The position numbers and the translations under genes were made by a program. A stretch of DNA of 64,000 nucleotides. Origin: Camelus dromedarius. Taxonomy: Eukaryota. The notes beneath the pieces are model-generated. The model was not told the origin of the DNA. It saw only the letters and a program-made list of their open reading frames with translations, and ran no database searches. The stretch spans positions 58,158,001-58,222,000 of the forward strand of contig NC_087437.1 of NCBI RefSeq assembly GCF_036321535.1, given 5' to 3'. This document shows, piece by piece, positions 39,148 through 52,846 of the stretch (positions within the stretch are counted from its first letter, which is position 1; each line of letters opens with the position of its first letter).

Positions 39148-42114
39148 CAAATGCTACAGCAGTTGGCATTCATAGGTTCCCAAACCCATGGGGCCTATGT
39201 TAAAAAGAGCAATGCCAGTGTATCTAGGAGGCTTCCGTCAGGCTGTTCCACCTAAAGACTAACTTCTGGGCCTCCGTTCCTGTGATTCTGCCCTCCAAGG
39301 AAATGCCACGAGCTGAGCTGCATAACCTCACATGACATCATGACTCCTGTAGTCACAGAGCAGGAGGAGATAGCATTTTCCCGGCCTGCCTGGTTCAAAG
39401 ATGGAGCAACTTTGCCATGTGACCTGGGGAAAACCTCCATCCTATTAGCTAGAATGACATGAGGATAATGACCAATAACCTCTGTGAGCTGAGAAGCATC
39501 CTTTGGGAGAGAAGGCACTCAGACGCGAGACCTGGAGCATATGGATCGCAGGTCTCCTTGGAAAGTAGGCGTAGATGCAGAAAATCAAAGTCGAGCCTGT
39601 GGGGCTGCGGCACATACACGGCAGCTCTTCGCCAGTCACCTCTTTGTGGCTCACTAAGGGGACACCCTGGGCTCCCCATCTGCCTAAGTAACAAAAGAGG
39701 CAACTTCTTCCCTCCTCATTGATGGAGGAGTCCACAGAGCCTGGTCTTACAGATCAGACACAAAATGACAGATGGGGCTGAAGTCCTGCTCCCCTTCCCC
39801 ACACCATCAGAATTCCTCTACTGCCCTCTCTCCCGAGACGCAGCCTTGTTATGAGGCTGCTGCATTTAGGGAATGTGGGCTTGGAATCTTGATGGCAATT
39901 GAGGAAAAGACTATACCTCATCACTTGTGTTTATTTGTATCTAAATGGATTATTCTTTATTGCTTGAAGATTTTATAAATATACTATTTTACTATCAAAA
40001 AACTATTGATATTAAAAATAAAAAATAAAGAAAACAGAATGTAGAGTGTGGTTCTTTTAATAGAGAAATATGTGTAAGTATGCTTATATATGCATTACAA
40101 ATCTGGAAGTATTCCAGCAGTCTGCTAAAAATGGTTACCCCCTAGGGGGTGAGATTATACAGAGATTTTTACATTCTCTGCATGGTTTGGGTTTTTAACA
40201 ACAATAAGAAAAAGTACAATGATATTTTCATTAAAAAGAATTTATTATTAAGTCAGTTTCACAAGGAATTATATCTTTATCCTTTTTGCTTAAACAACTA
40301 TTTTCATCATTCCTTGGCCTGTTTTAAATCTTTCCACGTGTGACCATTATCGTAATTATAGAGTGTAGATAATAATTTTTATTTGACTTTTCCACTTAAT
40401 GTTATTTCATTTGCACTTTCCTAAGAACATAGTCTGCATATTTTTATTAATGGATGCTTAATTGTCCATTGATTCAATGTCTATTTTTATAGTATAGTTT
40501 CCCTTTGGAAATCATAGAGTAGCTTTTTGCCAATAATATGTGAAGAGAGTGGCTGATGGGAGGGAAACTCTCAAGTCTCTAGCAAGTCCCTTGAATTGTT
40601 ATCACCAGAAAAAGAGGTGATAGATCATTTGGAAAATGCCCTTGGCTTGTTTCAAGCACATCTTTCCTGATTTCCAGTCGATGTTCACTGGATGCCTACT
40701 ACACACCAATGTTGTGCTTGGTGCTTCATCTATATTTCTTGAATTTTAGCACTGTGCCAGTTCCCCCTGGAAATCTAATGGGTAGAGGTCATCAGGGTCC
40801 AGGTGGCCAACCAACCAGCTCCAAGCTCAGCCTGAATTCAAAGACCAGCCGATCACTCCTTTCACCATGTAAACCATGTAAGGGAAAGAAAGACAAGAGT
40901 ACAGTTCCCCAAAGAGTGGGGACAGGATAATCAGCATTATCGTCTCATGGCTCTAGGCAGTTTCTTCTCAGAGCCAGGCCTTTCTTTGGGCTTGTAGAAG
41001 AGCTTCCATCTTCTCCCAGCTCTACGAAATCCGCCTTACCTCCCTCTGCAATAGTTGCTCAGGGATGTATAACAGATCTCTCCTCCCTCCCCTGGATGGC
41101 TTCTCCATTTGGCAAAAAATCCAATCAGGGTCTGGATATAAGGCCATAGAATGTGGCCTTGTGTTGGCCCTATGGGCCATCCGCTTCAACTTACAGATAA
41201 GGAGACAGAGTCAGAGAGAGAATATAATTTGCTCAAAGACACACAGCATCTGCCAGCCCTGAGTATAAGGGAGGCTGGAGGAACCTTCTAAAATGTGTGG
41301 CTGTGTGGGGTATCCACGTTTGCCTGTCAGTCTGTGTCTCCACTTTGCATTTTTATGTCAGGCTATATCTGGCCAGCATTATAAAGATTCTCCGATCTCC
41401 CTAGCTGCAAGTTAGTCCTCTACCAAACAAACCTCGCCTGTACTTCTTTTGTGACGCTTACTATTTTTTGCTGTTACGATTATTTCTGTTTGTGTGTATT
41501 CTCTACTTCTGCATCCCAAGTTCTTTGAGGAAAGGATCCATGTCTTACATAGGCATCCCCTAGAGAGCCTAATAAAATAACTCACTTAATTTAATGTTGA
41601 TTGAAGGAAACTGTATAGCTTTTCCTCTTGAAGGACTCAAAAATTTTTTGTAGAACAATTAATATGAAGGCTTAGGAAACTGGTTTATCACATTACATTT
41701 GTTAAAGCTTTGCAGTCTCAAAGCCCCCTGTTGGGATGACATTCCATGTTTAGTTGCCACGTTACCTCAGGCAAGCTACTTAACTCTTTCCTCGATGAAC
41801 CTATCAGAACATTAGAGGAGGTAACCCCTACTACATAGGGGTTATGACTGTTTTAGATGAAGTAATATAGGTAAAGTAATTAGCACGGTTGTTTGCATAT
41901 GGTATGCACTTATTAAATTATACTTATTATTACGAATTACTATTAGGGAGTGATAGTGTTAGTAGCATGGTTTTCTGGTAAAGGGCTTTGGGCTCAAATG
42001 CTTAAAACAGAAAAAATAAAAGAAAGCAAGTGGTTCTACCTTACCTGCTACTGCCTGCCCTGGACAATCCTTTGATTCTTATCCTATTCTAGAAATTAAC
42101 ACCTTAATGCTGAC

Positions 42115-42158
42115 AGATACCATAGATACCATAGAAATCATGATGCCATAGGTACCAG
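42115..42158. repeat. Degenerate 9-bp tandem repeat (agataccat) x ~5
   Basis: agataccatagataccatagaaatcatgatgccataggtaccag. Confidence 0.7.
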
Positions 42159-43658
42159 AGTAGTGGTAGGACCAAGAACTAGATTGGTCAAGTACCTTTC
42201 TTCTCTACAATTCCATCACCTAAAAGGAGTGCAGCCTGGAATGTGCTACCATGGACAAAGATGAAATGGTCCCTCATTGGTTGGTCCAAAATGTTAGAAA
42301 AATTCTTGGAAGAAGTTGAATTGGACAACAAGGTCTTTTCTTTCTCTCTCTCTTTTTTTTAAGCGTTAGAAGAGACTGCCTGCTTAATGACAAATGAGCA
42401 TGCCCCTCCTCACTCCAATGTGAGAGAAGCATACATTTAATCCTAAAAATACAGAGAAAATTACCAAAGAGAAAATGTATTCCCTGGAGGAACAGAGATA
42501 AGAATGCTGATGCTTACTGAAGTGCCGCTGCTCGTGGGTGTGTAGGGTTGATGGAATACTGATGTTTACATTAAGAACAGCTTGCAATTGTATTGGAAAC
42601 AAATGCTTACCCTTGCATTACTGAAATGAAGGCACATGCAATAAAAATGTTCTGCATAGGAATATACAGATGCATAACAATTATTACCATTGTGGGAGTT
42701 TAACTGCATGATTATGAAATTCCAAACTCCAATAGACAATGAGAGTAGGAAGCATTGTCATTATTTGAATTGCAATAAGCAACAACATTAGATATTAAAA
42801 CATAAGAGCAAAAAAATTTTAATTTAGCTAGCATAAATGTTACAAAAATTTCCCATTGTGCAACAATTTTTTCAAAAATTACTGATATTTATAAACAAAA
42901 TTTAAAATTTTTCTAAGAAATTATGATGGAGAAAGGGAAATGGCGAGAAATTCAGGATCCTTGAAACCTGACCTCCGACAACCCTCTCCCCATCTTTCCC
43001 ACTCTCTCTGAAAAGGTTTCCCAGGAACCTGCAGGCAGAGGGCAAAGTCACCTGCTTTACTACCAAGAGTGTTTTATTCCAAATGTCAGTGTAATTCTTT
43101 GTGATTTTGTTTACCCAGACTTAAAAGTAGAATGAAGCTGTGTCTTTTTCATCCTCACATCACAAGCTTTTTATGGGTTTCAGTGCATACACAGCAGTCT
43201 ATAAACATCTTTTAAATAAGGTATACATTACATAATGTATAATAAGAAAACTTAATGATTATTGTTTCATATTGGTATAATGGACAATATGGTTTCCTGT
43301 CTTTTACCAAAATATCGGTACACAGATTCCTGGCTCTATGATAAATATACCTGGAGCTGTTGGTCACGTTTCACATCTACTTGGTTTCTAGTCTTCATTT
43401 TTTAATGAAACAAAAATAGAATATCCTAATTTACAACTATAGGTCATCAGAAATAGGAGTGAGTGCTTGTTGACTCTGTCAGATAATTACAGATATTAGG
43501 ATCAGTGAAGACCACAGCAAGGTGGAGAGAAATTTCACTGAAGGCTGTTTTCAACATTTCCGTCACATACTAACTTGGAATATCATGTCCCAAACTGGAA
43601 GGCTAGATGTTTTAACTTGGGAGATGGCAGGAAGTTCACTCTCCAGTTGCTTTCATGT

Positions 43659-43925
43659 TTTTTCCCTTATAGTTTTATTGAAATGTAACTGACATATAGC
43701 ACTGTGTAAGTTTAAGGTGTATGACATAATGATTTCACTTACATCCGTCATGAAATGATGTGAATACGGTGTGAAATCACAGTAAGTTTAGTGAACATCC
43801 ATTGTCTCATATAGATACAAAATTAAAGAAATAGAAAAAAATTTGATGAGAACTCAGAATTTATTCTCTTAACAACTTTCATATATAACAAACAGTAGTG
43901 TTAATTATTATTTAGCATATTTATA
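43659..43925 (-). mobile_element. L1MA-like 3' end
   Basis: ttttattgaaatgtaactgacatatagcactgtgtaagtttaaggtgtatgacataatgattt. Confidence 0.7.
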
Positions 43926-43969
43926 CTCTGCTATGGCACTTGGATGTGTTTTTAAAAGATGCTCAATTA

Positions 43970-44275
43970 ACTCATCTACAAAACAGAAACAGACTCACAG
44001 ACATAGTAGACAATCTTATGGTCGCCTGGAGCGGGTGGGGAGGGAATGGGAAGGGATAAATTGGGAGTTTGGGATTTGTAGATGCTAACTACAATATATA
44101 GATAAACAGCAAGATTCTTCTGTATAGCACAGGGAACTCTATTTAATATCTTGTAGTAACCTATAATGAAAACAAATATGAAAACAAATATATTTATGTA
44201 TATTTATGACTGTAACGTTATGTTGTTTACACCAGAAATTGACACATTGTAAACTGACTATACTTCAAAAAGAAA
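43970..44275 (+). mobile_element. 5'-truncated young L1 3' end
   Basis: TSD aaaagatgctcaatta (43954-43969) / aaaagatgctcagtta (44276-44291) at a ttt/aaaa site. Confidence 0.9.
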
Positions 44276-44543
44276 AAAAGATGCTCAGTTATATATTATT
44301 AAATTTTTTTTCTTGGGAGGAAAAAAAATCATCAAATTCTGGTAAGACCCAAATCCCTGAAGACAAAGCTGAGTTCATCATAATTCTCTTTTTAATAAAT
44401 GTGATATATTTTCCTATACATTAAAAATTTTTGAGATAGTCAGCTATTACATAAAATGTTTTGAGCGAGTTACTTACAATTGCAGAGATGGCCTTTGCCG
44501 ATTTTAACAGTACCATGAAAAATATTTCATTTCATACCTTATT

Positions 44544-44603
44544 TGAGGGGCTTCAAGATGGTGGAATAGAAGGACTCAGAGCTCACCCTCTGCCACAGAT
44601 ATG
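44544..44603 (+). mobile_element. Isolated L1 5' terminus flanked by direct repeats
   Basis: gaggggcttcaagatggtggaatagaagga...gagctc resembles the L1 5' start with its YY1 motif (CAAGATGG). Direct repeats tcataccttatt at 44532-44543 and 44604-44615. Confidence 0.7.
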
Positions 44604-46327
44604 TCATACCTTATTCAACTACTCACTGTCAGCATCTTTCCCCTTTACAATCAGCAAACATATATGGAAAGAGTCTTGTACTTGCTGCCTATTTCTTTGA
44701 ACAGCAGGCTGAACACATATACTCAAGTTCTACAAATGAATCACAGTCATAGGTTTCACTATTTATTCCAACAGGAAGTCAAGATCAGGAGTATATTGTT
44801 GACAGCTATCCGTTCTCTGTGAATAAACTAGTGTATGGACTGGCACCCAGGAGCAGTATCTTTTATTCTATGATTAAGCCCTCCTTTGCTGCCTAGTGGT
44901 GCCTCTTCAGTTTTGATCCCAAAGTGCCATTTCCAGTCTATCGCATGGCTCACAAAACAGGTGTTATCTAAATGAGAAATCTCTCTTCTGTAGAGTGTGT
45001 TTTTAGGGATAAACAGAATAAGAAGTTATTGGGTAATTTTCCTTATTTAAGTTGCATTTATCAAAAGCTGGTCTACACTCTGCTCAAAGAAATGTTTTCA
45101 TCTCACTGTAAAGCACAGCGTCTTCCAGCATGCCCATGGGATGCTGATTGCTTGATCATATCATATGTCGTTGACAATATGTAATGTCTAAAAGGTACCA
45201 TTCGATAAGTTTGCCTAGAGCTCATTCTGCTTTCTCTCCCCATAAAATATTGTTAATGACTTTGTCTCTGGTTTTACATACTTCTTGGAAATAGAGTGAC
45301 ATACCTATTTTTTGCTATATGTAATGAAAATTACTTTGATGCCTGAGTAGTTTAGATGCATGAGTAATATTGTCTCATATCCAACTTTAATAAGAAAATC
45401 AATCAATTTGCTTGCTATTCCAAACCATTATTTTGTGTTCATTCCAAGAAAATGTGATTGGTTTACCAGAAAGGCTGCTGTTCTGTTTTGGAATGATGTG
45501 AAATCTCACTGCTTCATGCCTCTAAATGACAGTTTCATAGACAACAAAACTGGGGACAGGGAGCAAATGGATCACTTGTCCAGTAATATCTGATTTTCAG
45601 ATATTCACTCTTTGCTTTCTATGTCGATTTTCCTTTTTTGGGATGCTCGTGTAAAATCATCACACCTTCAGATTCAGTAGAATCGTATTTATGTTCCCTT
45701 TTAAATGGCTGTTTTAATGCTTTAATGATCCCCTTTGAACAAATTTCAAAGAATGTAATGCAACACAGTAGAAATAATTAACACCGTTAATTTTATCAAA
45801 ATTGATCACGGTGCAAACAACTGGAAAATGTGGTTTTTAAAAAAACAAACTACACGCTGTTGATGGAGATGAACAATCAACTTCGTGACTAGAGCACAAT
45901 GTGCAGAGCTCAGGGATGCAGTATGAGGGATGTAATGTGAATCTGGGGAAGACATATATATTTCAAATATATGAAAAGCATATTGCTTTCTCTCTTTTCC
46001 TTTGAAACTGCCAGCTTGATAGATCTCAATGACTAGAGACCACCAGTGCTCCACGGATCACATTTTGTGCTGCCTTAAGTCTGCTCTGCTTACACTCCTC
46101 CATGAGGAGAAAGAGATAGAAAAGCAAGCCCAGGAAGAGAAAGGTTAAGTTCCAGAGCAGGGAGGCCCGAGGTGCATCAGAGACCGGGCTCATGGAACAG
46201 TCAATCTGCGCCTTTCAGGTCAGGAGGAGTATTTGATTACAGACATTGTTTAGAATTGCTGGTGTGTGGTGATAATAAGTAGATTTAAAGTTATTCTTAT
46301 CATTGCTTTTAAATTCTCTCCAGATGA

Positions 46328-46933
46328 ACTCAAATTCAAAAAGATACATGCACCCCAATGTTCACAGCAGCACATGTACAATAGCCAAGCTGTGGAAACA
46401 ACCTATATGTCCATTGACAGATGACTGGATAAAGAAGCTGTGGTATATTTATAAAATGGAATACTACTCAGCCATTTAAAATAATAAGAGAATGTCATTT
46501 GCAGCAACATGGGTGGATCGGGAGATCATCATTCTAAGTGAAGTAAGCCAGAAAGAGAAAGAAAAATACCATACACTATCACTCATTTGTGGAATCAGGA
46601 AAAAAAGAAAAAAGAAGACACTAATGAACTTATCTACAAAACAGAAAGAGACTCACAGACATAGAAAATAAGCTTATGGTTACCAGGAAGGAAAGTGGGT
46701 GGGAAGGGATAAACTGGGAGTTTGAGATTTTTCAAATACTAACAATTATATATAAAATAGATAAAAAAATAAATTTTTTCTGTACCACACAGGGAACTAT
46801 ATTCAACATTCTGTAGTAACCTATAATGAAAAGGAATATGAAAATGAATATATGTATGTATGTGTATGACTGAAATATATGCTGTACACCAGAAATTGAC
46901 ACGTTGTAACTGACTATACTTCAATAAAAAAAA
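46328..46933 (+). mobile_element. 5'-truncated young L1 (ORF2 C-terminus, 3'UTR, polyA)
   Basis: Encodes KDTCTPMFTAA.../...WIKKLWYIYKMEYYSAI with a frameshift. TSD aaattctct(c/a)cagatga at 46311-46327 and 46934-46950, at a tttt/aa site. Confidence 0.93.
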
Positions 46934-47139
46934 AAATTCTCTACAGATGACTCACACCTTTATTGTGTGGACTTGGGGCAAACCACTCTTACCTCCAGCC
47001 CTTGGTAAACTGCTTTGGCTGAACTAATAGCAGCAGTGCAGACTCAGTAGGACAGGGAGCACTGAAGTGAGAGTAATCCTAGGTCTGTCTTACTTTGGTA
47101 GTCTTGTAAATGAAGAGAGAGAGAGACCACCAAGAGGGA

Positions 47140-47171
47140 ACACACACATACACACACACACACACACACAC
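47140..47171. repeat. (AC)n microsatellite
   Basis: AC run with a single AT interruption. Confidence 0.9.
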
Positions 47172-50100
47172 GAAAGAGATAGAGAATGCCCTGGTTAGCA
47201 CAGGAACTGATAGATAACCTTAATCTTCACCACTTCATTTTTGCACTATTTCTCCTTTTTTTGGGAGTAGGGTGGGATATCACAAACTGAGGGTCCAGGA
47301 GAATAAAAGGAGCAGAGAGGACCCTGGAGATTTTCAGAAAGACAGCCGGAGGACGTCCTGTGTGCTCTGAGTTCAACATGATTCCCAAACAAAGCATAAG
47401 CATTGATACATTTCTCACATGATTTCAGCATTGCAATGCCAACTTCACTAAAGTTTATGGTGGTATGGTGCTTAGTGAACAGAGTGTGTCAAAATCCTGA
47501 GCTTGGATGACACGGGGAAGGCAGAATGCCAGTGTTGATACGTGGGGACCAAGTTGTGTGCCCAGGAAAGTAATCATATTAAACATGGGCTCACAGAGTC
47601 ACACGTGCACCTCCTCTGTCTTATCACGCTCTCCCTTATGCCCAACACAATGGATATGACCAGGACAATTAGTGGATGGCTTACTATACATTAGGAATCC
47701 AATTCAGAAAATTTCCATTTTTAAAATGGAACCAGCCATTTCTAGATGAGATTTTCCTAAAATGAGACATACTCACACTCTCAGAGCATCCACCAGTTAG
47801 TGAAGCTAAAGTAGCCTGCACTTTTTATATTTTCTTGGGGAAAACTGATGACCTGGGAAATTACTCAGTGATTAATGGCAAGGTGTTTTGCCTCCTCTGT
47901 GGAAGTGCTCCAACCCTGTGGGGAACAGACATTAAATTAGAGCTTTTGAACACCAAGTATAATCTCCCTACCAGCACTCTGTTTTCAGTTAAGGAAATTC
48001 AACTAATTCAATAAATATTCACCCAGTGCCTATTATGAGCCAGACCCTAGGGCAGGAACTGGAGTTATGAAAATGTATTTCATAGTCTCTGCAACAGATG
48101 TCCACAGTTAAATATTAGAAGGCAGAAATCTACCAGTGCAATAAGAAAGGGATAAACAAAGCTGCTAGATTAAGGGCTGTTTGGGAGGGGCTGTACAACT
48201 TTCCAGTTTGACCAGCCTGTGAGCACCTTTGTAAGTATCCACATAAGTTTGATGACTTCTGTGAAGCTTAAAGGAGATAACAGGGCTTGGAAGTTACACG
48301 TTCTTCAAGAATCACTTTCCCTCCCCTCCCATGATGCTGTAAACATATTGTAGGCAGGGACAGTCTTGCTGTCACTGTGTCCTGTACCTCTATTCTAGTG
48401 CTTTGATTTAATTATGCTAAATAAATATGGACTGGATGGAACAGCTGGCACTGATTGTGTTAGGAAAAGAACACAAATGACAAAAAAAAAAAAAAAAAGA
48501 AAAGAAGGAAAGAAACATTTGACTTAAGCACTGTTGACAAAGACAAATAATCAAGTACATAGGCCCAATGGAGGCATTTAAGCAGTTGGGAAAAGATGGA
48601 TTTAGCAAAAGTACGAGATGACTATTATAAGTTATCAACGTGAGATAATATTACCCACTTTTCTCTGTGTTTGACCAGCTGGCACACTGAGAAAACACTC
48701 ATAATGTATAATCAGAAGTGACATTTTATAGTAGTTCCAAAATTTAAAGCTTGCATTCTACCATATTTATCAGAGATATTCCCTACTTCTTTTAATTCCT
48801 ATCTCCTTCCATTGAGATATGAAATAAACCTCAGTCATTTGAAGTGAGATTTCCTAATGTCACCAGATTATCCAAATAGAAGAATTTGCAAAATTTGAAA
48901 AGGGGAATTTTTAGCCCAACAGTTATTTTTATTGTTTTTTGGTTTTTAATCTATGATACCAAATAGTAAATCTGGCTGATTTTACCTCCAGAATAAACTC
49001 CTTAGGAATAAGGAATTTTTTCAGTGTTCTGAAGACCTAGTCTAAGAGGATTATTATCTTTCCTCTTAGCAAATATTGCAACCACCGCCAACCCCACACC
49101 TGCTTGAATTATCCACACCAATCTTTATGAAAAACAAGTCAAAGCTGCTCTAAATAGAAAGGAAGACTACAGTTCATCTCTCTTTCATTAGACTATTCTA
49201 ATTTTTTGAGGCCAACATTTAACCTTTCAAGTCGCATTTTAAGAAAGCATTTAAGCTGATAGAAATAAAATTCTTACTGACAAGACCAAGGCCTGAAACC
49301 ACGACTGTTTGGAGCAGCATTCGGCATCCTTTTGGTCTGCAATCCTGTCCTAAACCTGGGTAGATATTCTAACAACACCCACCAGGTCACTGGGCTACAA
49401 GACTGGAGCATCGCCCTCTCCCCACAACCCATCTCCCCCACCCTTACCCCAGTTCCAACCTTGAGTCTGCTCAGTTCCACTGCTCAGTTGCACTGAGCCT
49501 TTTAGCCCCTTGCTCAGCTGGCTTGAATTATTTATGTATTTGGATTCCTGACCAGAATGTAAGTTCTTTGGAGGGCAGAGACCACGTCTCATTCACCTTT
49601 ATATTCCCTAATTGCCCTTTGCACAGAGATTTTGAAATATGATTAGCATTTGCTAAACAAATATTCCATACAATAGGCTAAATTATTTATCATGAGCGGA
49701 CATCAGATTTGCAGTTATACATCAGAGTGTTCATTGTCAACTATTATGCCATTCAAAAATTAATCTTAATTTAAGTTGGTATTGTAGCTTGACAAACACT
49801 TGGAATAAAAACTAATATGAGAAAAAAATACATAAAATTGTTGAATGGAGCATTTCTTGGCTCATTGCCCATATGTTCAAGTTGACTTTAAAAGAAAAGA
49901 TATTTAAAAAGAATTTGGTATTTGCAATATGTACTAAGAAGATAACATTAAACTGCTACAAGCAAATTTCATTAGATAGGAGTAAATCCCTAATTAGTTT
50001 AAAGCTGTAACATGTTAAACAAATTATAATATTTATATTGTCAGATAATACCACACTGAAGACAAATTACCCTTGTTAGCCAAATAAAAGTGCAATGTGC

Positions 50101-52846
50101 ATCACTCACAACTTCAGGGATTCAAGATAGGAGAGCAAAAATACCCCTTAGTGTTAAACTAGTGCCAAAATCAGAAGATCAAATGTCTGGCCAGGCTAGG
50201 CCAGAAATTTAAATGCTTCTAAGTGGGTCAGTGGGACAGTGGGGGGAGAAACAGAGCTAAAGGGAACAACTGATGGCAGGTCCAGGTCATGGTGGCCACG
50301 TGAGAACGAGTGCCAGAGATGATGTCACAGAAGAAGAGACATGATGAAGCCTAGACATTTGTGGAAAATATCTTTAGCTTTAAATGGCTCCAGACTTTTG
50401 TTTGTGGTGGGGCAGGGGTGGGGTGGGGCAATAAAAAACAAGTGTTGATCAAAGAAAACCAATCTGTAAGTCAGATTTAGTTCTACAGATCATCAGTTCC
50501 TAGATAAACCAGGTATTTTGATCCTATTGCCTAGTACATAATTTGGTTAGCAAGAATACTTCCGTATTTTCTGCCAGATGTTGACTATCTTACTGTTACT
50601 AAAATGATCAAGTCTTTATGTAAACAATACATTTTAAGCTTTTATTAAAAGAGAAGGAGGAGAAATTCCAGAGAACAACCGATACTTAGTTAACCACGTA
50701 AAAACCCTGCCAAATCTCAAGTACCTCCGTGGAGCTGCTCACAGACTTTCGTCTCAACATTTTGTGTCTTTTCTGGGCTAGATCCATTCGTTGTGAATGT
50801 TAAACAACATTTTGAAAAGAAAAGAAAACAAAACAAAACCATGAAACGGTATCCCTTATATTATTTAGGCTTCACATTTTCTTTGGGTCTCTGTCAGAGA
50901 TGTTACAGCTGTAGGTACGCACCTGGGTTCTTGTGGCTTTGACACAAGAATCATTCATTTGTGGGGACTCAGTTACATTCACTTCTACGCTTATATCGAC
51001 AGCACTATATCTAAAAGCAGAAGTCAATGATCAACCAATGTCATTCAATGCAATCACATTCCAAAGCCACATGACATCTTACCACTTTGCTAACTGTAAT
51101 TTTTCAGACATCTATGTAAAATAACAGGAAGCATTTGTACCTCTTACCCCCCTTCACCTCTAATGTTCAGGGAATACAGCCACTATTTTATAACTTTATA
51201 TGAAGTATAATCTATAAAATCATAGAATCAGTGTTGTACACCTGAAACAAATACAACATTGTAACTCAGCAACTTCAGTAAAGAGTAAAATAAAATAAAA
51301 AAACACACAAAAGAGAAAAAAATAGCAAATGTTTTCTCTGATACCTTGGAAATCCATATGACAGAGTCCAGAAAAGAAGTATCAGAGGCTAGATTTGACA
51401 GCATGAGTTGGTCTGAGTGTTACAGATGGTTTGACTAGTCAAGGTAATTTGGACAAGAGCGAGATGTCAAACTCGTCTTCTGTCTTTCTTCAAATTATTC
51501 ACATCGTGCTTCCTGACGTCTCTCCCCCAGTGCAGCAGCCTCTCATAGCATACCAACGCTTTCCAGTGTAATTTAGTGATTAAGTAACTCAGCATTCTTT
51601 CAGTAAACAGTCTCTGGGTATCTACTAGTGGAAGTCCCTTCACCAGGCACTGTGGAGAATGAGGCAGGTGTGACACTCTGAGTGCTGGGAGACTCCTCGA
51701 ATGGAACACAAGGTCCTTGACGGCCTGCACCTTTCTTCACTCAAGATGCCTACTACGCCTTGGACCATGATGAAGGAGACAGCCATGGCCTTGCCTTTAC
51801 AGGACATAAAATATCCCACAAAATTAAACAAGTAATAAACTTTAGTACATATAAAATTAAACAAACAACACAGTAGTTTTCAATTCTAGACAGGGTTATA
51901 TGGAATTGCCTCATTTCTTGTCATTACCTCCTTACATTTTATGTCCTGTCAAACCAGAACGGCGAATAGATCTCTGAACACAATCCGCTGTCTCATGCCT
52001 TGGTTTCTTTCCATATGCTAGTTTCTCCACTTGGAGTCCCCCGACCTGCCACTTGTCTGCCTGGCAACTCCTAGTCATCTCTTCAAAGCCATCTGGATCA
52101 ATATCTCTTGTATACCTCTTCAAATCTCTTACCCTCACCAGTCTCATTTCAATTGCTACAGTGGTTCTGGGCTGGCTTTGGCCAGCTTCCTGCAGGTGCA
52201 AGCTGACAGCACCTTGCTTGGGGTCCCCACGTGTGCCTCTCATTTCCCACACTCAGTGCCCACATGTGCAGGATCCAAAGGTGCCAGCAGTCAAAGGATA
52301 TGTACTGAGCATTTAGAAAAAAAATCAAAGAGTGATTATGTGAATCCAATGTGATAACAGAGGTTAATCAAACACCACAATAAACTAAAAGTGACAAATA
52401 GTAATTAGTAAATGTTATTGACTTGCTAGAATACATCCAATCTGGCTGAGGGTTCAGCGAATAGGGAGGGATGAGGAAACATCAGTTCTCAGGATTTGCA
52501 GAGAGTGCAGAATTTCCTAGTGCCACCTCTTTGGGAGCTGTTTGGCTCCCAATGATGGCACAGTGGTGGAAGGGATAAGCCAGTGGTACGCGTGTGGGGA
52601 TGGGCAGAGGTTACTTAAGACTTTTTTTTTTAAATGATATCACAATGCTATAAAGTGAGGCTAAAATACCACAATGTAGATGCTTTCAGTGTATTGGTAA
52701 AAAACATGATTCTTCTTGTCTTTTTCTAGGTTTTGATTGTTTGTTTACATTTTAAAAACTTGATTGTTTTAGTGCTGAGCATCTATGAGTGAAAAAGCTG
52801 TGAATTTTTCAGTGATAAACATCCAACATATGGAGAAGCCTCTGGC

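Noticed and set aside
42001..42090. Minus-strand 44-nt exon (CAG|GTAAGG donor) plus strong acceptor at 42001-42027
   Set aside because: The implied intron of ~44 nt is too short for the mammalian spliceosome, and isolated sites like these are expected by chance.
46993..47061. Minus-strand 69-nt exon candidate (GAG|GTAAGA donor)
   Set aside because: Moderate acceptor, no recognisable peptide, and no frame continuity with the other candidates.
47706..47756. Short AT-rich imperfect hairpin
   Set aside because: Low complexity, so chance complementarity is likely.
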